This document shows, in pieces, positions 1 to 13,692 of a stretch of 64,000 nt of DNA. The DNA is from Eledone cirrhosa (lineage: Eukaryota): assembly GCA_964016885.1 (NCBI GenBank), contig OZ024746.1:9052001-9116000 (forward strand), written 5' to 3'. Within the stretch, counting starts at the first letter, position 1. Each line of letters starts with the position of its first letter. The position numbers were made by a program, and so were the translations under genes. The notes beneath the pieces were generated by a model that saw only the letters and a program-made list of their open reading frames with translations, did not search any database and had not been told where the DNA came from.

Positions 1-617
1 ATAGGTACAGTGTGATGTGTGCGTATGCCTGAGACAAATTTAGTGGATTAATCCGGGTGTAAGACTGGTATTTTCTGTGACTGGGCCTGTATTATGCCCT
101 GCTGTAAGGAGACGTGATCTTATATATGGTCATCCTCTAAATTAAGTACTCAGAATGACTTCCACGATTGACCCCTTCAGGAAAATTGTGGGCTTGTGTT
201 TATGTTAGAAATTAATATTACTAATACCTTGTTGTTGAAGTTTTGCAATTTACTATGTACGCAACCACGACATTTATTAAAATGAAAATCATATCAATAA
301 GATATAAACTACTTCTATGAAATAAAACTACGCCTATAAAATGTATCGAAATATAGCTCCAAGATATGTTACTCATTTACTCAGTATTGTTGCTTTTATT
401 AATCAGATAAACTAGTACTTCGAATCTATGAGAGTGTTTTGCATGGATAAGTTCAGCATTAGACGGATATTTGTTTTCGTTTTCGCTTTTTGCAAGGAGT
501 AAAAGGGACAATTTCGTGGAAGCATATTATTGATATAAATATCATCTTAATAAGTACAGACAGACGGATGACACCTTTCACTAGAGTATAACTTTAGAAA
601 TGTCCACATTAACTAGA

Positions 618-797
618 TAATTGTTTCTACTTTTGGCACAAGGCCAGCGATTACCCCAGTGTATTACTTGTACTTTATTTTATCAACCCCTTAAGGATGA
701 AAGGCAAAGTTAACCTCGGTGGGATTTGAATTCAGACCATAAAGGGACGTAACTCTTTGCTACAAAGCATGGCGTCTGATACTGCCAATCCATCGCT
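618..797 (-). mobile_element. tRNA-derived SINE, family A
   Basis: Reverse complement of the ~190-bp repeat seen about 13 times here (A-box-like TGGCAGTATCGG, B-box GTTCAAATCC, core GCCTTTCATCCTTACGGGGTCGATAAAATAAAGTACCAG, 3' GTAGAAACAATTA); small internal deletion. Confidence 0.85.
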
Positions 798-2956
798 ACA
801 TTACCTAGAAACTAGTTTCGAGTATCATACATCCGTGTGCAAATTCTGTAGTAGTGGCATGTATTTAATAGGAAAATATTAATATCAGTAAAATCCTTCA
901 TTCGAATGTTTTCCTCAAATATATCACTCGTACACAGAAACTAATCATTTATGTTGAAATATTTATATTGAAAAATGGTGACATAGTAGATTTCATTAAC
1001 ATAAATGAGATTAAAATATATTATGAATAAATTAATTCAATATACATTAACGTAGATAGAAATGTTTGGATCCTAATATGACAATCTATATAGTTTGATA
1101 GAGCTTAGCTAGCGGTTTTCATACGTTGAATGTTGCTTATATATAATGAAATGATAAATACTTTTTCTCTGAACTGATACTAAAACCAGAGAGAAATATG
1201 TAAATGTTAATTATATTTAACAGTGTGACTTTCATTTCATATTTAGTTCATAAGTAAAGAAGACTAAAATGTTAGATGAACTAAAATATATTTCCTGAAT
1301 GATCAAAGATCAAATATCGATCGCTTGGCACACAAGCCAATAAAACGATTTAATAACGGCGCCTAGAACTATTTCCTTACAAGTCTTTTGTGGAACTGGC
1401 GGAAAACAGGAGAATATCTTCATCACAATGAATAGCCAGAATAGGAAATGTGTCGTTACTTTACTCTGCCAGAAAACTTAGATAATTTGTTATGATTAAG
1501 TTGTATAGTGAATGAAGCAATGCTTCTTTGAGAAATTACTGGGGCATTAACTAGAACCACTACCGAATAATTCATATGAAATTAACTCCAAATTTGAGTA
1601 ACGAACAAAAATATTTTATTATTTATCATTTTGTTTTCCAGAACAATGCATTAAATTCTAAATGTTTTGTTCTCTCTTAGAAGCTGTCCTGAAATATATT
1701 ATATATTCCGGTTCACATTCTGGTGTCATTGCCAATTTACTTGCCGAGTAAGAAATAAGAATAAATTAAGAGTTACTCTACAACGTAGAAAGTAATATTT
1801 TAATATATCTATTGTTGTAGTAAATGTATAGACATCGCAAATATTAGTGCAGAGTGATTGCAAATATACGAAAACAAATATTTATAAGCAATTATTTAAA
1901 AGAAAAATATTTAGACAATACTTCTTCATGTCATTAGTCATGATAATTATAACAAACTATCGAGCTTAATGACCAAATGTAGAACTTTTCTCCTAAATTA
2001 TATATGCTCACATATCTTTCATTTGTATCTTGTTAACGATTGGAACCGTGAACATTTGTTTGTCTTCTCGTAATGAAAAACGAATTGATACATTTCAGAA
2101 GCACTAAGATGAGATTTTCAAAAATAATGAGCTTCGTGCACAGGCATACATGTCTCCATATGTGTGCATGTCTTGTGATATGACTTAATATTCATTTGGC
2201 CTTAAGTACTTAGTTACTTTATCGATTCTTGAAAAATAAAATCGAAATTTATTCATTAAGAATTTATATTTAGAACCTAAAGATGTGTAATTCAATTTTG
2301 CGAATACATTATGGTAGGTCCTCGATCTATACCAACATACATTTTCTTAATTAACTGAAAGCTAACTTAATAATACGTATTGCGAATTAATTTACCATTA
2401 TATGGTGAATTAAAAAAAAATCTTACAGAAATATAAGTCAGGGTTAACTAGAACGTTACCTTGTTTGGTCACAACAGTGGCTTAAGTAGACGTTACAATT
2501 TAAGAATCAAGAGAACATACACAAAAATACGAAGTATTGTAGTGCCTACCTAAATTTGAATCCTTCGTATAAGGGTTACCTCATTGAAAAAAAATCTAAG
2601 AAAAGTATGTCAAATTCTATCGTTTATGAGCATGATATTCGCTACATGTTGCTAACACAAAGCTGATTAACATACCCTGGCATCAAGTTGAAATGAGACG
2701 TCCGAAATAGAGCCAACCTTATCTCCATGTGGTTATATTTATAGCCAACATAAAAGAGCAAACAGGAAGTTTGTTTTGTTTCACCACAGTATTTATTCTA
2801 TTACAAAAAAAGAAGAATCAATACATTACCATGTAAACAAACATTGCCAAGCTTTTTTCATATTACCAAGTGCTAAGATTATAATCACTTGTCTTATCAA
2901 ATGTTTGATTAGGTATTTCAATATATTGCATTATACGAATACGTATAATTTATGTA

Positions 2957-3020
<64 letters not shown>

Positions 3021-3030
3021 TGTGTGGGTG

Positions 3031-3063
<33 letters not shown>

Positions 3064-3076
3064 TTGAGTGTGAGTG

Positions 3077-3117
<41 letters not shown>

Positions 3118-3119
3118 GA

Positions 3120-3662
3120 GGGCTACAAACTCTGCTAAGAGTATTGCAATCGCCTGTCTGATTACAGAAAATGATGCACTTTTAGGCTACGGCCAGCCAC
3201 ACGAACCTGTAACAAATCCTGAACAAGCAATGTCTGTGCTTTGAATGTTTTTTAAGTGGGAAAAGATCTTGCACTCGACCAATCCTACTCTCTGAGCATA
3301 GAAAACACTACTCTAAAAGGAGAACTGGTCAACATCGTCGGATGCTTTCGAAGCCGCAGGTTTTTTTTTTTTTTTTTTGCAGAGTTCCCCTCTCTTAGAA
3401 AAGTGTTGTGACAACAACTGGGGGGGGGGGGGGGGCTATCGCTCCCCGACAAAAAAAGAAGAAAATACTATTTGGATGGCCGTTGATTCTGCCGAGTTCC
3501 TCTGCCCTTTGATGTATCTTGCATTTCATCCCGCAGTGTGTCCGCATATCAGCCTCCTCCCCAAGCAAGCTTGGTGGGGTTGCCGGTTTAGTCAGCGACA
3601 CCCCGACCATGAGACAGGTTGTACTGGGTTACATGTTACCAGTAGCACTCGGGAGCGACCTT
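3120..3662 (-). mobile_element. Divergent copy of the non-coding (GTAT)n-associated repeat (family D)
   Basis: 3570-3660 closely matches the reverse complement of the start of 58073-58685 (GACCATGAGACAGGTTGTACTGGG...TACCAGTAGCAC); remainder aligns loosely; flanked by microsatellites. Confidence 0.7.
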
Positions 3663-3685
3663 ACATATGTATGTGTATATATAAG

Positions 3686-3724
<39 letters not shown>

Positions 3725-3810
3725 GTAAAAGGTAACCAGAAATAACAACACAATCGGTACAGTATACGGAAGGGATATACTAGGTTTACGCTTGATATAA
3801 CAGGAAGAGG

Positions 3811-3848
3811 GTCTTAACGTTTCGGACGCTAGTCATTCATCAGGAGAA
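3811..3848 (-). ncRNA. Degenerate minimal hammerhead ribozyme motif
   Basis: Minus strand CTGATGA-atGAC tagc GTCc-GAAA-CGT-TA; stems I and II imperfect. Confidence 0.35.
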
Positions 3849-4016
3849 ATATATATGTATATATATACACATACTTATACACATACGTACAGGTATACAT
3901 ATATACATGACAATCATCTCTCCAAAATGGCAGACGTGTGTTTTATTCTCAATTTTTTTCCGATCCTTCTTATTTTCATTCATTATCTTTCTATTTCACC
4001 TTTTGTTTCTCATTCT

Positions 4017-4055
4017 ATTTTCTGATGAAGGACTACTGCCTGAAACGTTGAAAAT
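4017..4055 (+). ncRNA. Minimal type I hammerhead motif, probably inactivated
   Basis: ATTTT-CTGATGA-AGG actactg CCT-GAAA-CGT-TG-AAAAT: stems I and II pair, but the cleavage-site base is G rather than H. Confidence 0.5.
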
Positions 4056-7000
4056 CTTTTACTATTATTTCAAGCATTACACGCATATATTTAATCTTTG
4101 AACTGTGTTGTTTGCTTTGTTATTTCTGTTTACATTTTACACATATACATACATCCGTACATGCATGTGTGTGTGCGTGTGGTGTGGCATGGAGGTAAAT
4201 ATATTTACCAAATACGTATATTATATACAGAAAATATTTTAAAAACAAAAATAGAGAAGCTCTGCCGTTTTATGAGGCGTTAAATACAATGTTGGCGAAA
4301 TTGAAAAACATTGTTATGTGCAGCTGATAAGAGAATATGTAGTGTTAAATTGGAAGATTATACGGTTTAGTACACAATAATAGAGATATTCCATCTGGCT
4401 GACTTTCCCATAGTTACCATCTATCCAGGTTTAGCGATAAGGTTTGGTTCTACTCTACAAGTTGTCTTAAATGGATTGAACCCGAACTCTTGCTTATGCC
4501 AATTCTATACTTCCAAAACAATAGACCTGCATTTAGTTGTAAATGTATTCTTATAAATAAGTATGGTGTAGCATATGACTGACTGAATGCAGACGTAACC
4601 GATAAAACTTTACTAATTAGAAATAGTAACTCTCTCTTTCGTAAAAAATCTGAAGGTTAATATATATCTAAAGCCCATTTATGGAGTTTACAATAACAAG
4701 CTAGTGATCTTCTGTATCAAGAGAACAACAACTCATTTATACGAAATCATTGCCTTTCTGTTTTATTACTGCTAGATATAATAGATCACATTGTGAGTTG
4801 GACATGATAGTGAGAGGGAAATTAAAAGTATTCGCGTGTGCCAAATCTAGATTATTTAACATTAAGACAAACAGAATCAAATATGGATGCAACGGATGAA
4901 ACTAGCTTTTAACATTCACTGTTTAGAAATAACAGAGTTTCTTTTCAGCCAAGATATTGTCTTTCCAGATATTTCCTATATAATATCTCAATATTTTTGG
5001 CACTGTCACTATTGAAAGATTTTTACGGAAGTAATTTTTTTTTGCTTTATAATCGATCGTGACAAGTACTTTTTAAAATAGTTATTTTTAGTTTACTTAT
5101 CTTCAAATGTGTTCGATATTTTGTTCTTCGATAGATATAAGTTCTAATTTCATTCACAAGTCATTTTTAGAGAATTGGCTTCTATTTGCCTAATTACTCG
5201 ATATCACAGTCAATAGTTTTACCGTAGATGTAACACAAAATGTAAATGCAAGAAAGAATATCTAGCTACCAGTATATATATCAATGGCGTCACTAAACAG
5301 TTTCCATCTTAGGTTAAGGTTTATGCATTGGAAGTGTTACCATAGAAAAGTTAACAAGAATAATAATCAATTACTTAGTCATATCATATCCGGGTGAGTA
5401 ATTCTACATTCATATTAGCTACAGTTTCGATATTTTCTCAATATATACATTAACTTGTAAAGAGATTTTGAAGTTTTGTTCTTGATAATAATCCAAATGA
5501 CACCATATTGAATAAAGTATAAATAATAATTCTGTTATCTTTATTCGGGATTTCCACGATACTTCCGGTAGCATATTCTATGAGAAGTAGTTACTTTCTT
5601 CTTGTTCAACCTTTATACATTCATGGAAAAAGGGTCGTTATGAGATGTTCTCCGACCTTTCTTACATCACAGACCAGTCAAATCCCAGGGAATGAAGGAG
5701 AGAAAAAGAAAGATTGAGGAGACATAAGAAAATATTCGTCACGATTCCTTGACTGTTATTTATCCCAGAAGGATAAAAGGCAAATTTGAACTCGGGTATA
5801 TTTCTTTTTTCTATCCGATTCTCTAACGATTCCGCTGAATCACCAACTTGATATACTGTTTGATAATAAAGTATCAAACATCGTAGAGTTGTCTACGTTC
5901 CACTAATAAAGTCACAATCTTTGAATGTTAAAAGATTAAAGTGTTTGTTAGATATAACCTTATGAAATTTATATATTAAAAATCATTCTGTCATCGGAAT
6001 TGTTTGACATGCAGCGTTTCATATTAATTAAAAAGGAAACCGCAATGAAATGGTTTTCCGATACCAAACCTCACAGGAAAAGTAGGGATACATGGAAAAG
6101 GAACAAATTTGTAATAGAAATGATTATTGAATAATTAGGAATTAAAGTAAAAGGTGAATAATTTATTTTATTCGGAAAAACCAACTACAGTCATTATTCT
6201 CGATTGAGGATGAGATGAGAGCACATAGCCTTTCTATAGGTGGCCAAGACATCGCACGCAGATGTGTAGTAGTCCTTTCATTATTGACCCCAATATATAA
6301 AAGAATAAAAAGTAGAACTTGAGATTTGAATGTATGGCGCATTCAATTCAACCTTTTCATAATTCTACCAAAACGAACGATTAATTTTGTATATATAATA
6401 TCAAATAAACGAAAGCTTTAGAAGTGAGAAATATTTTGCGTTCACTTACTTTTCATCATACATTCCTGAACACAATAATGTATTGAAACGATCTTGAGAG
6501 CAATCTATAGAAGATAAATATAGTATTAATAGAGGAAACATTGTGTGGGTGGAAAAGGGATATTCTCTGGAGAAAACATTGCTTTTAAACGAAATTGGAG
6601 AAAAACGATCAGAATAAAAGAACAGAAACAATATAAGGTATCAAACATAGGAAATCTCCTGATAACAATAAGTATCCTAAAACTGAGAATAATTATACAT
6701 GTTGAAATTGATAATTTACTATAGATTCATAGGTCATTTTACAAGGAGTCCGTCAAAGTGCCATAACAGTAGGAATAAGGATTTCATACTTAGACACGTT
6801 CCCATAAATTTTGGAAGCGTAGTTAGTAGTTTAAATTAACTCCAGTACTTGTTTGTGATAGAACTTAGCGGAATTTAAACTTTGAAACTCAGGACGTGAG
6901 GATAATAGCAACTAGGACAATTCAAAACAAATTGAGAGAAGGTAAGACCAGAGTTATCATAAATATGCCGATATTGACAACTTACAAAGAAACAATACAC

Positions 7001-7849
7001 CGCTTAATTTGAGAACATCATTCAAAACCCTGACATGTAATTTTCTGAATGTTTCCCATTACAAAATTTTACTGTATATATACTTATAAATCCTATGTAA
7101 GAGGATGTTTATTAGAGAGTACAACAATCAACAACTCGCATAAATCATATATAGATTGCGAAAACACTTTTGACATATTAAAATTTAAATATTGTAGAAA
7201 TTACCTAAAGAATAGTTCCAATATTTTGGTGTAATGTCAAACACGTTATGTGAATCTGGATAATAATGGAGTATTCTAATGTATAAACACCAGGAAGAGA
7301 ATATATCTAGTCTTTGTAATATTTCCATACCTGCTGCTTCATATTACAATTGTTATCGGATCTAAGACATCTTCCTTTATCCCATATGCCCCTTTCGTTT
7401 CGCTTGCTCTCCTGGGATGTCAAAATCGTAATCAGAACTATTCTATTGCAGCAACAAAGAAAAATTCACTGGCAGTCAAATTTATTGAATTCCATTGGAT
7501 GTTAGAAATGTTTTCAATAGAAGGTAATTGTCTTTGAACTGAATTACATTTTAATGGATCACACATGTATATTCTTATAGTTAAATCACTATAAACACTA
7601 TATAATAGACTGTCAATTTAAAGACCTATACTAGATCATTCCGTTATTTTATTACGATTATGAGGATAGAGACTTTCGCGATATATTAACACTCAATAAC
7701 ATGTCCGTCAATCTTACAGGAATTCACTGTGATAAGCAAAACTAAATTATATCGGGCACGGTTACCTAGTTTTATGGGTTATTCTCTGTAGCATTCCAAT
7801 TTAGATATTTATCAGTCAGTTTTCGTGTGTATTATTATCATTATTATAT

Positions 7850-8010
7850 CGCAGTGGATTGGCAGAATCGGTAGAGCGTCGGACACCATGCTTTGCAGCA
7901 TGTTACGGCCCTTTACGGTTCAAATTCCTTTCATCCTTACGGGGTCGATAAAATAAACCACCAGTAATGCACTGGGTAATTGCTGGCCTTGTGCCGAAAG
8001 TAGAAACATT
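7850..8010 (+). mobile_element. SINE family A, internally deleted
   Basis: GTGGATTGGCAGAATCGGTAGAG...GTAGAAACATT; tandem with the next copy. Confidence 0.85.
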
Positions 8011-8023
8011 ATTATCATCCAAA

Positions 8024-8213
8024 GGCGGTAGATTGGCAGATTCGGTAGAGGGTCGGACGCCATGCTTTGACGCATAGAGTTACGGCCCTTGCCATTCTGA
8101 GTTCAAATCACGCCGAGGCTAACTTTGCCTTTCATCCTTACGGGGTTGATAAAATAAAGTACCAGTAATGCACTGATAATTGCTGACCTTGTGCCAAAAA
8201 GTAGAAACAATTA
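8024..8213 (+). mobile_element. SINE family A, full length
   Basis: A and B boxes, core and ATT-type tail present. Confidence 0.9.
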
Positions 8214-8676
8214 TTATCATTTAATATAAAAATGAATATGAAAATGATTTCCTGCACTACATATCGACACTATTTCATAACAACTGTATCAGTTAAAAGT
8301 TATTGAATTTTCATAGTATTTTATTGAGCCACTCTGCAAGTGGCAGAATTATTTATTGTCAGTCAAATTTATTGGATTTTAATGGCCATTTCCGTAACAG
8401 AGAAAATGATACTCATGTCAGTAAAATTAAATAGATTTTAACAGATCATTTTCTGTAGCAAGTACAAGTAGGTCAGATTCAGTTAATTTTATTGCGTCCT
8501 TTTGTATTCAGCCAGGAAAAGATTGTTGAATAATATTTTGAAAAACAAAAATTATCGTAGGCCAAAATAAATTCTTCATGTGTTTTCTTTCTCATTACTA
8601 TCGAACCTAATTTCTATTTCTATTCTAACTTAAAGACAGCTGCCCACATTCTGTCACTATAGCTAATAATTTCTTC

Positions 8677-9128
8677 ATTGTATTCACCATCACTTTATGT
8701 TCATTATCTCCCTTTTTTATGTTTACTCTCCCTCCTGCATTTTATTATATTCCACTACCCCATACAAATTCTCAGTATTTCTTCATTGTTTTAATTCTTC
8801 CACTTTTATTTACTACAATCCAGTGGAAAACAGTTATTTCAAAAGACATCATCCTCTCACTTTATCGCTATCTCTCACGTTATCACATTTTTTTTCTCTC
8901 ACTCTTATTACGATGTTCTTTCGTCTATTCCTTTTCTCCGTTTTTATAATATGCATATTATATCTCCTTCCTCCATTGACATTTATCTCGCTGTTTCAAC
9001 TTTATTATTCAATTTGTCATACAGGAATACTGAGTATTTGTATGGGGTAGTGGAATATAATAAAATGGAGGAGGGAGAGTAAACATAAAAAAGGGAGATA
9101 ATGAACATAAAGTGATGGTGAATACAAT
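8677..9128. repeat. ~103-bp inverted repeat (8677-8780 vs 9026-9128)
   Basis: ATTGTATTCACCATCACTTTATG...CTCAGTATT is reverse-complemented at 9026-9128 with few mismatches. Confidence 0.9.
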
Positions 9129-9144
9129 CGGGAAATTTGTAAAG

Positions 9145-9334
9145 GGCGGTAGATTGGCAGAATCGGTAGAGGGTCGGACGCCATGCTTTGCAACATACAG
9201 TTACGGCTCTTGCCATTCTGAGTTCAAATCCCGCCGAGGTTAACTTTATCTTTCATCCTTACGGGGTCGATAAAATAAAGTACCAGTAATGCACTGGGTA
9301 TTTGCTGGCCTTGTGCCAAAAGTAGAAACAATTC
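9145..9334 (+). mobile_element. SINE family A, full length
   Basis: Matches other copies; 13-bp direct repeat TTCAATTTGTCAT at 9008-9020 and 9335-9347. Confidence 0.9.
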
Positions 9335-10462
9335 TTCAATTTGTCATTGCTTACTAATATCCCTCCCATTCCACCCTGTCTGTCTTTCACAAAACTCACA
9401 CATACTACCTGCACACAAACACATCTTTCATATTTGCTACTCCGTTTACTTTGTTACACATATTTTATTTTTCTTCTGATCTTCCATTCTTACTATTTAT
9501 ATTCTATAGTACTCTCTTTCAACATATTATTTCTGCCGGCACTCTTTCTCTTACGGCCCAAGATACTTGTTCAATCGTATTCTTTCACTTCAGCCGTGTT
9601 CATGTCTCACACAGTTACTCCTTCCTAAGCCACATGACCTAGTAGTTAGGGTGGCAAAATCGCCAGCATAAGCAAGTGGGTTCGATTCTTGGACTGAGCA
9701 GCGCGTTTCAATTTTGAGCCCAATATTTGTTTTGGCGTTGATCTTTCGTCAGATCTGAAGATTGGCTCTTTTCTTGTTTTATGCCATACTTCTACTAAGT
9801 TCGTATTCATTTTTGATGTCCATGTGGGGTGACTGAGTGAGTTTGTATGTATACATGCATATATTGTCCGTGTCTAACAATGCGTGAAGGTGTACTCTTC
9901 AGTGTGAGTTGAAAATTGTGAAGATCCTATAGTTTTTGGCTTATGAACAGCAGCTCATGTTACTCATTTGCATACAGGACAAAGACTGGCGACCTTGAAT
10001 TTATAGACAGTAGTAATGCACTGATATAGAGTGAAACGTAGGATCGGTTGGATATTGGAGAAAATACGAGATATTTATGTATAATAAACATATTTAAGCA
10101 TCGCTACGAAAGTTTGATTAACTATGATCATGTAAATTCTATGGATAACAACAACGGGAGAGAAACTATGAGTACATATGCGCATGTGTCTACGTGTTAG
10201 TCTTTATGTATGTGTGTATATATGTTTATTTAAATGTGTGTACATTTATATTATATTATTCCACATATCATCCAACAATTGTTTCTTTTTTATTTCATAT
10301 TTGATTGTCCTCCTTCCAAACTTTATTCTCGTCTACTGAACATCAATGAAAGTATACTCTACTTCCACCGATAATATTTCTTAAAGTATTTTAACAGTTT
10401 CAAATAACGGAATCTATGTTTCGTATTTCGTCAGTTCAAATCTTTCTCTCTCTCTCTCTCTC

Positions 10463-10523
<61 letters not shown>

Positions 10524-10671
10524 CTATCTATCTAAGGCGGGTAAAATTCCCGAGATCCATGGACGAGTTCTCTCCAGCGGTCTCTGTCCCTCATTATCGC
10601 TACCAAGGTTAACGTATGTTGATGCCCTAAGGACAGACACTGGTCTGTTGGAGATGCAGGACATGGCAGCG

Positions 10672-10673
<2 letters not shown>
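10524..10673 (-). mobile_element. RTE LINE 3' fragment with inverted 5' half
   Basis: 10524-10601 is the reverse complement of the 3' end at ~26709-26780 with a (TAGA)n tail; 10602-10673 matches 26643-26715 in forward orientation. Confidence 0.85.
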
Positions 10674-10739
<66 letters not shown>

Positions 10740-10759
10740 GTATATATTAAAATAACATA

Positions 10760-10814
<55 letters not shown>

Positions 10815-11230
10815 CTTACTATTATTGTTTCTGTTGAGGTAGTGATGGTGGTGTAGGTTCTACTGCTGTTACTAGTATCATTGTTATCTTTTTACAATCT
10901 TATGTTTTACGTTGTTTTCAATATATTTTGTTATTTTTTAATAACATATTGAACAGTTGGCTCAGCTTTGTTCCAATACACGTTGAAATTGGCATAACCT
11001 CATATATATTATTCACTCACAAAAACAGGTTATCACCTGCACTCATACATGCATGTATACACACGCAAGCATATATATATATATACATATATATACATTG
11101 GTGTCTGTTATATTGTGGCTACAAATTCGATTTATACCTCTTATTATATATATATATATTATATTATATATATACACGCGCACACACAGATATATATATA
11201 TATAAATATATATAAATAAATATATAAATA

Positions 11231-11283
<53 letters not shown>

Positions 11284-11422
11284 ATAATTATAAATTTGAA
11301 GACTAAAATCCAAAGAGGGCTCGATAAGGATAAATATATATCAAATATATATTTCAGAAGATCCCGATAAGGGTGAAAGCAGCGATTCTTTGCTTAAACT
11401 GCAATTTTAATCTGTTATTTTA

Positions 11423-11510
<88 letters not shown>

Positions 11511-11694
11511 TATATATATATGCATCTAACCCTTTCAAACTGGCACACGCAAACATAAACACAACATATATATATACAACAATTTCAATCTGAATCATTT
11601 TGCTATATTAAAACATTCAGTTTCCAGTCACAAGTTCCTGGGTTCTAAACCTTCATTTCATCTTGAGAATAATTATTTCTCCAACGTTACTCAT

Positions 11695-11796
11695 ACATCT
11701 TATCCTTTATGATAGTCTTATATAATTACATCTTATCCTTTATGATAGTCTTATATAATTACATCTTATCCTTTATGATAGTCTTATATAATTACA
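11695..11796. repeat. 33-bp minisatellite x3
   Basis: ACATCTTATCCTTTATGATAGTCTTATATAATT repeated three times. Confidence 0.9.
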
Positions 11797-11964
11797 TAAA
11801 TGCTGAACATTTATATAATTATATACTAATAAATAAACGTAATATCATTCTCAGGTTTAATCTCTTCCAAGTGTCAGTAATCAATATATATTGTTAGTTA
11901 TTAAGCAATCTATTAATTTATCAAAATTGACATTTCTCAGTTAATGTGTTTGTTCATATACCCG

Positions 11965-12154
11965 ATAATTGTTTCTGCTTTTGGCACAAGGCCAGCAATT
12001 ACCCAGTGCATTACTGGTACTTTATTTTATCGACCCCGTAGGGATGAAAGGCAAAGTCAACCTCGGCGGGATTTGAAATCAGATCATAAAGGGACGTAAC
12101 TATACTGGAAAGCATGGCGTCCGACCCTCTACCGATACTGCCAATCCACCGCCC
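11965..12154 (-). mobile_element. SINE family A, full length
   Basis: Reverse complement of the family consensus. Confidence 0.9.
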
Positions 12155-12269
12155 ATATATATCGATAATGACGTTATATATAGTCTACCAGTTCTTTACT
12201 CAAAAGTCTAAATATGCTCAACGTTATTTTTGTCATTATTGTAGGCAGGGATCCACTAATATATATATA

Positions 12270-12327
<58 letters not shown>

Positions 12328-12332
<5 letters not shown>

Positions 12333-12525
12333 AACGAGTAGGACCCCGACGGCTGAGCTCAGGCCGTTTCGACGGCTAATTCTGAGTCCAGAATTAGCCG
12401 TCGAAACGGCCTGAGCTCAGCCGTCGGGGTCCTACTCGTTCCTATTACCCACTCTACTGCCCTAAGTATTGAGTCCTTTGGTGCGTTATGGTCCACCTGG
12501 TTCCTTACCACATTTCCTTCGTTAT
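12328..12525 (+). mobile_element. (TA)n-embedded repeat (family C) containing a perfect palindrome with 57-bp arms
   Basis: Arms 12328-12384 and 12389-12445, spacer AGTC; 3' part ...GGTTCCTTACCACATTTCCTTCGTTA recurs at 33765-33912 (+) and 56073-56180 (-). Confidence 0.8.
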
Positions 12526-12606
12526 ATATATATATATATAAAAAAAGATGAAATCGAAAATGCAACTGGAGTCTTATTTAAAAATATATATATATTTATT
12601 TGGTTC

Positions 12607-12642
12607 CTTTACCGGTTTCGCACTTCTTCTGCTTTTCAAAAG
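12607..12642 (-). ncRNA. Minimal hammerhead, U3-A8 variant
   Basis: CTT-TTGAAAA-GCA gaagaag TGC-GAAA-CCGG-TA-AAG; palindromic stem III ACCGGT. Confidence 0.5.
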
Positions 12643-13484
12643 TAGAGTTGATATGGAGGGTCTGTAGTTTTTCTCACATCTGGTGGTCTTTGAATGTTAC
12701 TTGTTTTATATGGAAAAAAGTGGCTCGAAACGCCAGGTTTTTAGAGAAGTAATTTGATTGATTGGTCAATAATTATAATAAATTTCGGGCGAGTTCGTGG
12801 TACAAAGTTCTTCAAACAAGGGGGGGGGGGGGGGGGGGGCGGCGGTTGTTTTTTCATATATGAGTGTTTGAATTTCTTTTTACTTAAAAAAAAGGGGCTC
12901 ACGAAGGCTTTTTTTTTAATAAACGTAATTTGATTGGTTATAAATGAAATTATGGCTGTCACGTGAACAAGTTTTCATTAAATTTCGCGTCCGTATTTGG
13001 AAATTTATTCTGTAGCCTTTTTAGAGAATTATATGACAAGCAAAAATAATGGTCAAGAGAAATGGGATAGGAGAATTGTTCTGGTTATGGTTAGTTCGCT
13101 GGGGTGTCAGAATTCAGATTTTCTATTGAAATAAAGAAAGTAAAGATATGTATGTTTATTTGTGTGCTTGTGTGTTGTGTGTGTATGTTTGACTTTCTTT
13201 TTACTTAAAAAAAAGGGGCTCACGAAGGTTTTTTTTTAGCCCCTTTTTTAAGTAAAAAGAAATTCAAACACTGATATATGAAAAAACAACCTGAGTCCAC
13301 CCCCCCTTGTTTGAAGAACTTTGTAACGCGAACTGGCGCGAAATTTATTATAATTATTGACCAACCAATCAAATAACTTCTCTAAAAACCTGGCGTTTCG
13401 AGCCACTTTTTTCCATATAAAACAAGTAGTATTCAAAGACCAACCAGATGTGAAAAAAACCACAGACCCTCCATCTCAACTCTA

Positions 13485-13520
13485 CATTTGAAAAGCAGAA
13501 GAACTGCGAAACCGGTAAAG
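13485..13520 (+). ncRNA. Minimal hammerhead, U3-A8 variant
   Basis: TTGAAAA-GCAG aagaa CTGC-GAAA-CCGG-TA; stem I has a mismatch in this copy. Confidence 0.45.
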
Positions 13521-13655
13521 GAACCAAATAAATATATATATATTTAAAAAAAAATAAGACTCCAGTTGCATTTTCGATTTCATCTTTTTTTCTTTATACT
13601 TTCACTCGTGTAGGACACCTCGGTTATTTTTCATTTTGTTAAAAAACCTCACTTT

Positions 13656-13692
<37 letters not shown>

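Larger units (their letters stand above)
12541..13590. mobile_element. Inverted pair of ~350-bp Penelope-like pseudo-LTR-type repeats
   Basis: 12541-12900 is the reverse complement of 13239-13590; each arm has a hammerhead-like core; a third partial copy lies at 38746-38880. Confidence 0.7.

Noticed and set aside
8024-8110. tRNA genes
   Set aside because: A and B boxes belong to multi-copy SINE heads; no cloverleaf found
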